NCBI GenBank assembly: GCA_046563655.1
Contig: CM102286.1
Location: 10,912,001-10,976,000 of the forward strand
DNA length: 64,000 bases
Direction: 5' to 3'
DNA from: Yuukianura sp. NJ FZ-2021
Taxonomy: Eukaryota
Of the stretch, positions 11,705 to 25,271 are shown one piece after another; position 1 is the stretch's first letter, and every line of letters begins with the position of its first letter. Position numbers and translations under genes: made by a program. The notes beneath the pieces were generated by a model that made no database searches, was not told where the DNA came from, and worked only from the letters and a program-made list of their open reading frames with translations.

Positions 11705-13296
11705 TTAATTCTCATGTTTCTTTTTGTTCAAATTGTTCCGTCTAAAGGAGCAATAAATTCTAACGAAGAGAGCAAAGAAGACAAGTGCGACACCCAAAAT
11801 CGCGAAATTTGGAATGGAGTGATGAAAGAAAATGCAAGAAAGGAGAATTGCGACAACCTGTTTTCAAAAAAAAAACTTGCTTAAAGTGGTGGTACGTTTT
11901 CAAAACTAACGATATGATCAGAGTTTATGACCTGTCTAACGGTCATCATTATTGTGAACACCACTGGCCCAAACTGTTCAATTGCTTTGTAAATAAAAAG
12001 TTGTCCAAGGGCTGAACAAATCGAGAGAGCCAAACAGTCAATCCCAAAATCTCGGTGCTAATTGTAAAACAATCCAAAAACCAGAACACTCGATTAAATA
12101 ATCCAATTGTTCGATTTTTCCTTGAAGACATATGATATTCACTTGCCTGAACCATAAATTCCACGCTTCTGAAAATTGTGCCTTGTCGAAATACTGACGC
12201 CGCCATTAGAATCAGTGAACACAAGTTGACTCCCATCATCATTTGAAAAGGTGATGTCCTGTACGCCTGAAACAACTGACCCTGCCAGTTGGATGTGAAA
12301 GAGTCAAAGGTCATGTACAATGTCAACGTGACCAATCCAGCCACACCCAGGGATGATTCCGAAAACTCGACCTTTGCTTTGGAAGAAGTTAAAAACAAGG
12401 TCATTCCTCCAGATATCAAAAGTGCCGTGTAGTACTCGTAAGGTTTGAAAGTCTTCCGGGAAATGAGTTTCCCCATAAGCATCACCGGAATAATTTTTGA
12501 CGATTTTGCGAGAACCTAAAGAATAATAATATTTGTGTTTCGTAATTCAATCAGAAAAGTGTACTTTCACTTTGCTGTCAATATGATTGAATTAGTTACT
12601 TGAGTAGGAAATGAGACGAATTTGAGAGCTTCATACTGCAACCACGAAGACAGGATGTTGGAAAGTGCGCAAAATGAGCACTTGAACAATGGCGGTTGCG
12701 CACCTTGTCTATCGTAAACACAATTATAAACCAACGCAACGCCCAATCCAAAAAGCCGATTTGCGAAAACCAAAAACTGAGAGTCGCTGAACTTGACACC
12801 GTTGTAGTCTTGCGTCATAATTTTTTCTTGAAGTAAACCCCACGTCAAATAACTTCCTTGCAGCCCGAAAAAGCAGAAGACGAGCATAAATACTGAATTG
12901 ATGCAAGGAAGCCTGTGAGCTTCAATCTTTAGTTCAGAAGTGTCCCGTAATTTCCGAGGACAGCGTCCGTAGACACAAAAGCGGATCAGAGGCCACAAAA
13001 ACCCTTTTTCTAGAAAAATATTAACAAAGCTTTAAATAATTTTAAAAAGTAGTTAATTTAAAAAGTAGTTGATGGGAACATTTGTGAAATTAGTTGACCT
13101 CTCTTTCTTTCATAGTCTACGGTGTGTATGTATTGAACAAATAAGAATCCCTGCACGATTACGATGGAGTAAAAGGCGGAGTTGCGTAGAAGTCCCAGAA
13201 GCCAACTAGAACCGTCTGTGCCTTTGTCCAAATTATCCAGAAAGTCCGATGTATTTGTAAAATACAGGAACCCAGTGAAAATCAAAAGGAAAATGC
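11705..13296 (-). CDS. SLC35B2: PAPS transporter 1 (slalom/PAPST1), multi-exon; true start probably further upstream
   Basis: Motifs [62 protein letters not shown] and [25 protein letters not shown]. The last exon ends KKKHEN* at 11705. Confidence 0.93.
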
Positions 13297-15119
13297 TTAG
13301 AAAAAAAATGAAATTAATAACATAGTTAGTAAAATATTATAGAAAATTAATTCCCCGAAAAACTGCTGACAGCAAAGCCAACGCTGGAATGTACCTTATA
13401 ACAAATATGCATATCTAAAAAGTAGATATTTTTACTTTACCAAATTGCAATGTCGTGTAACACTACGTATAAGCCCATTGTAAAAATCTGCCCAATTTAT
13501 AATGCCAGATAGAAGTTAAGCTCACAATTAGCAGGGTATCGTCGTGTTTTTATTATTTTTCTGCCTTTCACCGTTGTTTCTCAACAGTTAATGCAGAATT
13601 GTGAAGGGTAAAGGCAAGCAAACATTGTATCAACATACGGTGGAGCATAAGCATCTGACCAACTGGCAATTAGAATAAAACTAACTAAAGCTAAGTCATG
13701 TGTGCTTTAATATAGCCTAATTTAGCAAATCCAATTAGCAGCTCGTAGGTCCTTCTGACGAGTAAAAATGAGTAAAAGTTGAAAAAGTTTACTAAAGTTT
13801 ATGGCTGTATATTGTGTTTTAGCTGAAATTTTTTTGATTGAAGCTTTAAAAAATTCAGTTTCTAGACGTTGGTATAGAACAAATTCAGCGAATTATTTAG
13901 GATCCGAGGGCGCATGTACGAATTTTTTATGAGAAAGTTGTTGACGCAAACTTTGAAGTAGAGAGAGGCTTTCTCCTCTTAGCAAAATTAGTCTGCGAGA
14001 AAGTTAAGTCGGTGCTAGAAGCAACACGATTCGTGCTACTCCACCTCACCCATAAATCCGGCTTTGGGCAAGTGGATTTTGGACGACGAAAAAGTGAGGT
14101 CAGAGGTCAACACTACCTTACCTAACGTACCCAACAAGCAGCGTCAGTGGAAAGTAAACCCAGCAAAGCCTCTTTGTCACCTTAATTGGACGACGAAAGT
14201 TACCTTCATTCTGGTGGAAGACAAATTTACTTTCTCCTCTTCATAAATCCCTTCTTTTGTACGGACATTTTCTCTTTTTTGTTTCTGCTCAAACTTTTGC
14301 AACGGAAATCCTTGAAAGGAAATGAAAAACTAAGTTCTTTGTTTTGTGTCGTAGTTTTAAAACTTTGAAATTTGTGATTTTAATTTGTGTATCTTCTGAG
14401 AATAAGCATCCCACTCAACGAGTGACATAGGTAGATGAGGGACAGTTTACTGGAACCCTGTTGGCAAAAACATGGAGCAGTGAAGGTTGCCATTAGGGTG
14501 TTTCTGGGGAGCCCGTGGCGCGTGACTTTTCAAAAATGCATTAAAAGTTCTAACCCCAGATTTTGATTAGATGTGATAAGAACAGAACAGAAGCAAAAAT
14601 AGATTTTGACGAGCGTCTGGATGTGGATCATCTTCCACTTTTTTATGAGTCACTAAAAGGCCATCATCCAAAGAAAACTAATTTCAGAGATTTCAAAAAA
14701 AAGCTAATAGAATTTTAGTGGAGGTTAAGTTTCCCTTTTCCACAAAAACAACACGAAAGTGAACTTTTAAAAATAGTCAAATTTCAATTTCAGAACGAAA
14801 CAACGTACAAAAGCAAGAATCCTAAACCTGGCCCAACTTATTCTAAATCCAAGCTAATATCCTATCCTAAACATTCTAAAGCTATCTTCATTCTAACTCA
14901 TTCATTAGACTCATTTTCTTTTGAAATTTTGTTGAGAAAGACTTTGAAATTTTTGTGAACATTTCTTTGAACAGTGCTTCCCGTTTCCAGCGTACTCAGG
15001 GCTTAAGTTGTGTTGATTAATCAAGGAAATTTGATTAGTTCGTCGTTTGCAACCTGTGGAATTCTTGTGAAGTGAATTTGATTCAAGTGAAGGCGGAAAA
15101 TCTCAAACTTTGTGCAAAA

Positions 15120-18100
15120 ATGCCCGACCTGACAGTCGTTGGTGGCAAAGCTTCTTCTTGTGCAAAGTCTCAACGCGGCGGAAGTGGTTGTCAAGCCTTT
15201 CATCTGACAGAGGAAAACGTTCGCTTCGTGCTTCTGGCTCTACTCCTCTACATTTACTTGTGCCTCGGAGCTTTTATTTTCCAAGCAGTTGAAGAAGAGG
15301 CAGAGGCGGAAATGAGAGAAAGTTTTCATTCCATTTATACAGAATTCAAGAAGAATTTGACATTGCTCAATGCTGAGGCCCAGGTCATCGCAGACACGTA
15401 CGAAGACAGTCACGATTTTGATGAAGCGGAGAATGGAGTAACAGTGAGTGTGACTGAAGAGGACCTGCTGCGTCTCCTATATGCTTACGGAAATGCGACA
15501 AAGGCCGGTGTTTTCCTCAGACAAAGATGGGATTGGATTGGCAGTTTCCATTTTGCTTGGACGGTTGTCTCCACTATTGGTAAACAAAATAAGAAAAACG
15601 AACTGGTGTTATTTTTGTTCGTATGATTTTTTTTGTCGGTGTTTTTGTTTTTCGCTGAAGTTACTTGCGTCAAGGTTGCAGATAGCGATGACGGGGAGGA
15701 ATGCCGTGAAACGAAAACAATAAGAGGCATTCCATTATTTAGTCTTGTATTGTTGTCCCAAGGCGACGCGGAAGAGCTCATCCGTCTAGGAACTTTCCTT
15801 TGAAAACGGAAAGGGAAAGTTCGCCTTCTCGTGTTATCTTTACGACCTATGAATTAGGCAGTCTCTTTCAATTTCTGTAACGCGCGCTTTTTCAAACACT
15901 TTCAAAACGACATTCCATCTTTCCATTTCAAATTCCATTCCATCTTGTGAAGCTTTTCAAGCATTCACCTCCTCCACATTTCCACTTTGAGTATTAAAAT
16001 CTTCTTTTACTTTCATCAGTCTTGGTTTTCGAAAAAAAAAAAAAAAACTCTTACTTTTTCTTCTCGATGTTTTTTGGTGTTGCGTTCCGCAGGTTCAGCT
16101 AGAGTTAGGTTTTTTTTTTTGGTTTTATTTAATTTTTTTTTCTGAAAAAACCGGAGATAACTGTATTAAATTTTGCAAAAAGTTTCTTTTTCGAAATTAC
16201 TTTAAATCTGTAACTTTTTCTGAGTTAGACTTTATGCGGTTGTCTAAATTTGTAAAATTAAAAAGTTGTTAGTATGTCGACACGAGCCACACTCTTTGAA
16301 CCACAAAGTTTTTTTTTTCGGAGAATCAATCTAAAGTTTAAATGTGTTTTTTTAAGAAAAAACTAGAAACCGGAGGTGACAGAATTTTAATGGTGACAAG
16401 CAGAATTTGGGAGGTAGCGAGGAAAAGGGAATTTTTTGAAGAAAAAAAACAGAACTGTTTGAGAGGATTTGAAATTGAAAAAGAAATTGAATACATAATA
16501 AGGGCTTTTGAGAGCAGTGTTATTTAACCGAAACAATTTTCACAACATTACCTTAACTTAAATATTTTAGGTTAACAGTGACCTCGTTATAAAAAAAAAT
16601 ACAAGTTGAAAACTTGTTAAATACACAATTCGAGTAAATTCAAATCCTGTCTGGGAGTTCCAAAGACATTCAGATTTTCGTTAAAAAAAGATTTCATTAA
16701 ATTAAGTTTCATAAATAAACTGCCAATATCGAACTTCCTGTCAGCATAGACAAATTTTGAACGCGGACAATTTTGACAATTTTGTTTGTATATGAGAATC
16801 AATTGAGCGGTTTCTTTCTGACATACAAAGAAAGGAAAGTGAAAAAGTGAAAGCAAAAGCGACAAAAACAATTTGAGGGAACAACACAAAGCAATTTCAG
16901 AAGTAATCAACCGAGAAGCAAATACAGGTATGACAAGTAGCGACATGTGTGGTTACCTACCGCAAAAACCACACACACACACAATAGTTGCGTATTGATT
17001 TCGATCTGACACTGTGTTTATTCATTTCCACACAATAGTTGATCCATTTCTGAAATAGGAACCGTTTGCCTTTGAATAATTAACGCACCACGCTACATCA
17101 GTTCTAATTCCAGAGAGTGAGTCTTTTAGAGTCAAACGACTTTAAAATATAGTTTGGTTTTGAGTTTGGTCAATAAACCAACATGCAATATTTGGTAAGT
17201 ATAAAAATGCTTCCAAGAGAAAGCTAGCTTGTTGAATAACTTAGAGTCGTGGAAGCATCGAACCTTTTGACCTTGGAGGTTTTTAATACAGTTTTGCATA
17301 AGGCAAGAAGGCAACATTTAGGTTGTCCAAAGGTTACTTAAATGTTACAACAGCGAGTCATGAACAATGTCGACATGACATGAAGAGACAAGTCAAGTAC
17401 CGGTACACTGAATGTTTAGTTCAAATGGGTTGCACACACGTCTTTCTTCTATTCAAAACTCCCGACTTTTAGAGAAAGTTGAAATGGGTTAACTCCATTA
17501 AATTGTTCATGTGTATTCGTTTAAGGCACGCGCTAAAAAAATTAAGCCAAAATGTTTTTAGAAGAGTAGTCAAACTGTCAACAAAATCAAACAGAGAAAT
17601 AATTCTTGTCATTCAATAAGATTCTGCGTATCGAGTTTCTTATAAATCCAATTTTAGATTCCATCCGGTTACTTTGAATTTTCAAAAAAGGTGTTTAATT
17701 CCGTTTTCAAAAGTTGGCAAAGCTTCAAACTTTTCCAAATTGCAGTAAAGGCACTTTCTCAAATTGAAGCAAACTGAAAACCAAGACTTTGAAAAAAAAA
17801 GACCGAGAATGTGACAGTTTTTCTTAAATAAAACCGAAAATGTCAAATGCATTGATGACTGCTTTATTATCATTCATCGTTTAGTACTTATTTAGTGCTT
17901 GCTTACTTTTTGTTTTATTAATTCTTCTATACCTTTTTTTCAACTGACCTATTTTTCCTAAAATTCTAGGTTACGGTGCGACAACGCCAACAACAGTACC
18001 CGGCCAATTGCTAATAATTCCATACGGCTTTTTTGGTTGCGCGGGAGGTTTGCTGTTCTTCAATCTCTTTCTCGAACGAATCATCACCTTCCTAACAACT

Positions 18101-19384
18101 TGTATGAGATGCTACCGTGCCTTTCGCAGGAATCGAAACCCCGACACTCTTCAGCCCATCCAAGACTTTAGCCAATTACCAGGAACCGGAGATGGATCCA
18201 ATGGAAACCGACCTACGGATGGCCCAAATAGTTCCCAATCAATTGCATCTCCCTCGAGTGTGAATGAAGAAAAACCGAGTGTGACCTGGGTCATGCTCTC
18301 CCTGTTTCTCATGTCGACGTTAATCATTGGCCTTTCCGCTGGGCTCTACCACTCTGTTGAAGGGTGGACATACGTTGAATCTCTCTACTTTGCGTTTGTG
18401 TCCTACGCGACGATTGGCTTCGGGGATTTTGTTACCTGTCAACAAATTTCATACGGAAGCCTCGAGATACTTTATAGAATTGCAGCATTTGCAGTGATGG
18501 TGATTGGATGTTGTTGCATCTACTCCCTCCTCAACGTTACTTCAATTGTTATCAAGAGATTTCTGAACTGGATTATCAACAGACTAGAGTGTCCATGCTG
18601 CTTCTGTTGCGCATGTCTCAATACTCACATGCGCAGAGGTTTGTCAACGAGAAGACGACTGGCAAGAATACATAAACAAGTGGGTAGACGGCGCTTGACG
18701 GAAACATTTTATAGCTTATGCTCACAAAATTCAAACTTCATAAATCTTGAAATAGAAATCCACAAACTTTTTTTTTGAACAAAATCGTAAAACAAACATA
18801 AATGGTTTTGTAATCAGTCTTTAAATTTGTACTTATGAAAACAACGTTTAAATTTTTAAAATTTAATATCTTTTTCCGCCTAGCAACTTTGCTCTACCAA
18901 GGTTTATCTTCACTTTCACAAGGTGTTATCACACAAAGTTAGTCACGCAAGACAAACAAGCGACTTCATAAAATTCTGAAAGATAAACTTTTATTTGCAA
19001 GGCGTTGAAAATCTTTTGGCAAAATTTGCGCGCGTAGACCAGAGCGCCCTCTACCGACTTGTTTAATTTCAGCAGTATGCAAATTCGTCAGGGCGGTCAC
19101 CACGTCAAGGGGCACTTGGCGACGTCAAAACTGGAAACGAATCTCACCCGCATCATAGTAGCATTGACATGGAAGACAGCGAGCGACGATGTTCCGGAGA
19201 AAATCTTGTGGTTCTCCGTCGAGAACTGAGCAACAAAGTTACGATGGCCGTAATGCAAAAGAGGCTTTTCGAAACTTCGCGTCACAACAGAACGCATACC
19301 TTGGACTCTGAAAATGAATTCTCAGTGAGGAATGTTGGACCGCTAGCAATTGTGTCTGAAAAATTCGGTGACAACGCAATGTGA
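15120..19384 (+). CDS. Two-pore domain potassium channel, THIK (KCNK12/13)-like; exons ~15120-15579, 17970-18679, ~19073-19384
   Basis: The N-terminus EENVRFVLLALL..YLCLGA..F..VE is THIK-like. Pore 1 VSTIG|YG is split by a GT-AG intron and pore 2 reads YATIGFGDFV. Confidence 0.9.
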
Positions 19385-19618
19385 AAAGTGTCAACTTCAA
19401 ACTCATTTGAAATCTTCAGTAGTTCTCGTGAGTTTTTACCAATTAGTTTCAAAATTAAATTCAACAATATTGAGTGAAAATACTTTCAAACCTGAACAAA
19501 AACTACTAAAAATTCTATTGCACAAACAACTTTAATAGCTAAAAATAGATTAATCTAAGCAATGAAGTTTCATCAAGTCAATTCATCTTTATTAAAATTA
19601 AAATCATTAAATTAAATA

Positions 19619-22600
19619 TTATACAATTCTGTCGTTTTGAGGCATATCCATCATATCCCAGAATGAACGCGGGAATCCAAACCCGAAAAACAAAAGATTG
19701 AAGCGAAGCAATAATTCTCGTTTTGCTATTTCGCTCACCTCGAATGCCGAAATTCTTTCGAAAACCCAGCCAAGTCCACCCAAGGTCAAACCAATGACAA
19801 GAATCACCAGAATTGACAAAATATTTTTCCTTGTCAATGCTTTTGGTCCATCGTGGCCCAGTTCATCTAGAAGGGATCCCACCACAGCCTTCGTTGATGA
19901 CTCGACTTCATTCTCCAGCCAATGCATTCCCTCGCTCTTTTTCTTCGCCCAATCATCTTGGATCCATCTATCAAAATGACCACCAGCAAGCAATTGAAGC
20001 TTGATTCTGTCGTAAGTGGCTGTTAGTGGAGAGCCCTTGGCAAAGATCCACATGATCATCCACCGAATGTCAATGTCTTCTGAACGAATAAAAATTTTTA
20101 TGTTGCCAGTACGGCGGAGAGTTGTGTTGACGGCTATTGTGTAGAGGAGACTGGGGGCAGTTGTAACACATTTCGTATTTACGAATTTTAAAATTACTTC
20201 CGCATTATAATTTAACCTTTAGTTTTCGGTAATAATGAGTTCAGGGTGTTTTCTGGTAGATCCAAAAGTACGGAAATTTTTTAATGACAATTTCATATTT
20301 TTTAACCGATTTTTCAAAAACACTACCCTTGTTACAATTGACCCCAGGCCCGGGGTCATTTGTAACACGACTGGGGTCAAATGTAACAGCCCCCTAAACC
20401 CACAGCAATTCGTCATAATAACTATAAGATGACCATTATAAATACATCTAAGTATGTTTATGGTAAGCACATTACAAAAACTTAAGTTAATCGTTAAATA
20501 GTTAAGTTTTTCTCGCATTCTTGAACCTGCAGACGGGTGTGGAGTTCACCTGGCCAGTTTTAGTTTTAGTTTTTAACCTCCTGCAAGTTTCACTCCTTTT
20601 CTCGTAACGATCTTGACTGTCGTGCGCGATAGTGACTCCTGTTTCGTCCATATTGTAAATTGCGTGTGGTTCGAACTTGAATTTGTTCATAAGTCCTTCT
20701 AATTGAGCAAAAAAGTTGTTCACATTTGGCTTATTGAAGCTGACAGCTCTAGCAATGCTCGTTGTAACCTTCCAGTTGATAGGCCAGCATCCTAACTTCA
20801 GCTTGTGTCAACCCAATGAACATGTCAGCAGCCGTCTTCAGGTAAGTTTCCAAATGATCCTCTTGACTTCCCGTGAAAACACGATTTGAGTGGCCGTAGC
20901 CATTTCCCGTTTGAGATTTAGCATTTGAATCCTTCAGTTTTTTCATAAATCGGGCAAACGTAACATGGCAAATTGAATATTCACAGGATACACTTCGAAT
21001 ACTTCTGCCTTCCGATACTTTCTGACTCGCCTCCATTAATGTAGACACCTCAACTTGTCCTCTGTTCGTTTTTCGAATAAGTTTTCTGGGCATGTCTAAG
21101 AACCAAATCATGACCAAAGTTGTTACATTTGACCCCATGAAATATGTTACAATTGACCCCAGTATGGAATTTTTCGAAAAAAATTATGCCAAAAAAATAC
21201 AATGGCCTAAAGTTAAAAAGTAAATTGCTTACCCTACTTCTCGATGTATTCACGAAATTGTCAACTGTTGAAATCGTCACGAAAAACGGAAGTTGGCAAA
21301 ATATTTGACTTTGCATGGAAACAAAATAATTTTACTTTCCACCTTTTTTCGGTTGTGTTTTGGGAAAAAAATTTTAGTACGAAGAAGTTAGTTAAATTCT
21401 AAATTATTTGAATTGCCGCGACAGCTGATCAGCTGTGACTAACTAGTTGTTGGTACAATAGATTTTTCATTCAATTAGAAGTAGGTAAGAATGGCGCTGT
21501 TACAATTGACCCCGTGTTACAACTGCCCCCAACCTCCTCTACTCTCCGTTAAGAATAAAATCCATGCATGCTGATTCGTCGACTGTGAGTGCCGCCATGA
21601 AACATTCGTGAGAATGTTCTGGGAAAATGGCACGAGCCATAAAGCGCATGTGCATTGGGTTTTCGGACATTCTTGTTTCCAAGTGCACAATTCCTTTGTA
21701 CGTTCTAAAATACAATTTGTAGGTAGACAGGCTCAGGTCTAAGTGTGTCCTTGGAACTTCTTCGCGATCTGTAAATGTTAAGAAATTGAAGAGTTTTGCT
21801 TTGTAGCCGATACTCACTACTAAGCAAACGGCAGTCCACAACAAAATTATTATTCGAATTCGTCCTCCTTGCCAAATTTTTGTAAAAGTAGCTTGCTCAA
21901 GTACAATGCACCTAAAATAAATCATAACTCACTAAATGAATTTGACCTTTGACCATTTAAATTTAGTAAGGTTAAATATTAGTACAATTTAACGTACCAT
22001 ATAGTATCCAAAGTCCTGAAAAGAAGAAATGGCTGAAAGTACGCTCCACGATGAATGTGCCCAGATTCATTTAAAGCAGCGAAATACATTGCTGGCAAAA
22101 TCAGAAGCAACATAGCACCCGCGGTCGTAAGCCATGTCTGGTGGGTCAGAGGGCGATAGGTTGTGAGCCATGACAAACGGTGCGGTGGTGTACGAATGTA
22201 AAATACACGTTCGTTCCACATATGTGTAACACTAAAATCGATGAATCGAAGTCGTTCTCGAGTAATTCCGGTGGCAATTGACATGTTCACGTCTCCGTCA
22301 AACACATCGCCCACAGTTCCTTTCCAAACGCCCCCATTGTTGAGTCGCATTCCTGCCGAACCGTTGAACGAAGACAGTCGAATGAATGTCGACGAATTGT
22401 AGCGTCGATCAATCTCGTCGAAAGCGGATCGGAGAGTTCCCTGGGCCGGTCCTGCATTTGATGCTGGACGAAACAATGCCGGCGTATTGGACGAAGCTAT
22501 GCGAATGTTCTGTCCCTGGATTAGGCCCGGACAGACATGACTGAAGGGAATGTGTGTTTCACCACAATGTCCGACGAGGGTGTGTCCGCTCGAGTCGGCT

Positions 22601-23160
22601 ATTACGGAGTACTTGTATCGTAAATCCATAAACTGCTTCATGTCGACATCGTGCTCTACATAGAAGAAAAAGAAATCCTTGTGCGGCCGAGCAAAGCGAC
22701 GACTTATAAAGATGTCAACAATGTCACGCATTTCCACATTGCCCTTTCCTATAAGTAGCACAGTGGCACTGTTGGCGGAAAATTTCAAAGTGCCAAATAT
22801 TGTTGGATTAATGACATGCTTCTCTGTAAGTTCTTTCCTAAAGGAAAGTATGTCAAATTGCATGTTGGACTGAAGTAACTGCGGAGACAACATCAGAACT
22901 GGACTTGGATGTCGGATTGGCGGCAGTGACGAATCAGTCAACTGTAGGAGTGTTCCCGTGACGCTACTGATCTTACCGGAATCAATCCCTGCTAATGCAA
23001 AAAGTCGTTGGAAAGATGGAACTCTGTTAGGAAAATTCTGCGAATTCACTGGAAGCAGCATTAAGCAGAACAGTAGAAGGGAATGTACGGTGAAATATTT
23101 CAATCTTTGCTCCGGATTCAATTTATTGAAAAGCCGAACACTTAGTAATTTCAGTTTCAT
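19619..23160 (-). pseudogene. Divergent ionotropic receptor (IR / variant iGluR), interrupted by a transposon
   Basis: IR ligand-binding and membrane motifs are present: WKGTVGDVFDG, TRERLRFIDFS, YRPLTHQTW, RIIILLW...YKAKLFNFLT, FAKGSPL...D...QLLAGGHFDRW and a final TM helix. The frame is broken at 21539 by the insertion. Confidence 0.8.
20144..21539 (-). mobile_element. pogo/Tigger-like (Tc1/mariner) DNA transposon, internally deleted
   Basis: 26-bp TIRs (GAGGAGACTGGGGGCAGTTGTAACAC / GTGTTACAACTGCCCCCAACCTCCTC) with a TA duplication. The transposase remnant has an HTH N-terminus (MPRKLIRKTNR...SIRSVS) and IYNMDETG; the rest of the catalytic domain is missing. Confidence 0.92.
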
Positions 23161-25097
23161 AATTTCACACCTACCGAATTTTAAAGTTCTTTTTAAATCA
23201 GGTACAAAAATTTTAGAATTTGAGTAGCTGAGTTAATTGTTTAAAACTTATCTTCGTATACGAATCAATTCTGGCACTCAACTTGACCCGGAAAAGGCGG
23301 AAACAAATTGAAAATTTACTGAAGCCTGTAATGCAGTACCACCCGAAGTTAGTTCAAAGTTTTATTTTTACTTTTAAATTGGGGTAATTTGGACTATTCC
23401 TATCTGCGATGCCTCCAATATCGTAGTGAAGCGGAAAAGGAGTGATCATTGATCAAGTATGGTTGGGGTCTTAATAAGAGTGCATACTGTCAACCACAAA
23501 TTGTTTGCTTTAGACGTTTGTCGCGCCTGTCAGAAAACTTGACATCTCATTAACGTCAATTCCAACAGGTGCCCTTTTCAGTGTTAGCTTAACGTTTTCG
23601 TCGCTTTCAATTTAAAAGTAAATTCTACGATTTGCCAAAGACCTCTGACACTCAAGGCAATTTAAGTCATAAAATTAATTCTTTTTTTTTTGTAACCGAA
23701 ATGCCATAAAAATCAAAACCATGCATGAAAGAAAATAAGCCCTTCAATTGTATGGAAGGTAATCTTCATGTTAACATGTTACCCAAATGTGTCTAAAAAG
23801 TGATTCATAAAGATTGATGATTGAATTTAGCTACTCTTTGTTTTTGATTAGTGAACGTGAGAGACCTTTGTTGATTGATAACTTCGCTCACTAAAAGGCA
23901 GAAAACGCACAAGATTAAAACAACAATAACCGTGTATTAATACTAGATCGTGTTTAATTATAGAAGGCACTTCAAAAGGTAACCATTCAAATTCCAAGGA
24001 CAAAAGACATTGTCCGCAAACAATTCCCATGTGCCCATACTTCCAGCATTAGGTTCTGGCTCTAGACAAACTGCACAAAAACTCGTCAAATTATTCCAGA
24101 GCATAAATAAATGGAGGGAGGTAAAAGTTAAATGCTCGAATTTTAAATCGTGACAAAGGTCAGTCAGTGCCTGAGAAAAAGAAAACAAACAATAATACCA
24201 AGAAGTTGACTCAAATTTCTAAAAAAAAATTCACATTTTTTTAATTAAAGTTGAGATACTATTTAGTATAGTACAGCCAATTTAATTAAGGGTTTCCGTA
24301 TCCTTATTCATAATTTAACCTCAATTCGCAAACTAATTATTTAATTATAAATTAATTATAATTCGCAAATAAATATTTAACTCATCTAATGCTAGATGAT
24401 TACTAATAATTTCCAGAAAAATTGCTTTAGTTGTCGTTAACTACACATATGCAGGTTACTAAATAGGTACCAGGTAAAAAACCATTAACGGAGTAGATTA
24501 AGCTGACTTACGCTAGGATTCGTATGATTAGTTTATTATCATCATATTAGGTTTAGTATTCTTGACCTTGACATAAGTTATATTCCTTGGCCTTTGGCAA
24601 AATTTTGACCACCAATCTTTATGAGTGTTTTACTTTACGTTAACGTTCCTGAAATAATGCCAAGCAACATATTCACACAATGTGCATTTGTTTTTCTTTT
24701 TTGAATACTTCACATATTTTTTTAAATCGCTCTATAATGCAGCATCCAATCTTTTGAAGAAACGTTATAGTCTCTGAAATACTGATGCTAATGTTAGTAT
24801 TGCTGTAAGATACTAAAGATAGTAAATATAGTAAATATATGTTACCTTGTTAGCGTCGCTTCCTATAAATCGCACAGGAGAAACGTGGGCGCTAAACAAA
24901 CCGAATCGAAATTCAAAAAAATAATTTTACTTTCGCTCTTCTGTTTTGTGTTTTGGTTAAATACGACATACAGTGGAGAATTTAAGTTTTACTTGTTGAT
25001 CAGTTTTATTATCGGTTGTTTTTGTGGCTGGCTGTGGTAGGAATTTAATTATAGGAGTTGAATTAAATTAAGAAGTAAAAATAATTAGTAGTCCATA

Positions 25098-25271
25098 ATG
25101 AGAATTTCAAAAAGAGTGACCATGGGACTAATTCTTTTGACGACTGCATTCGCTATTGGTTTCTTTACCGGCTATAAAGCAAAAGAATGGAGAATCAAAT
25201 ATCTACGCAAGAGAAGAGATCAATTAGTGTCAAAACTAGCTGCTACACAACAACAAATTGAACTCGCCTAA
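25098..25271 (+). CDS. MTLN: Mitoregulin-like mitochondrial micropeptide, 57 aa
   Basis: The ORF reads MRISKRVTMGLILLTTAFAIGFFTGYKAKEWRIKYLRKRRDQLVSKLAATQQQIELA*. It has one TM helix, a basic stretch and a KLAATQ..I.LA C-terminus matching vertebrate mitoregulin as I recall it. Confidence 0.82.
   Translation: MRISKRVTMGLILLTTAFAIGFFTGYKAKEWRIKYLRKRRDQLVSKLAATQQQIELA

Noticed and set aside
23848..24188. Short Cys-containing minus-strand ORFs upstream of the IR
   Set aside because: No recognisable motif and no convincing gene structure.
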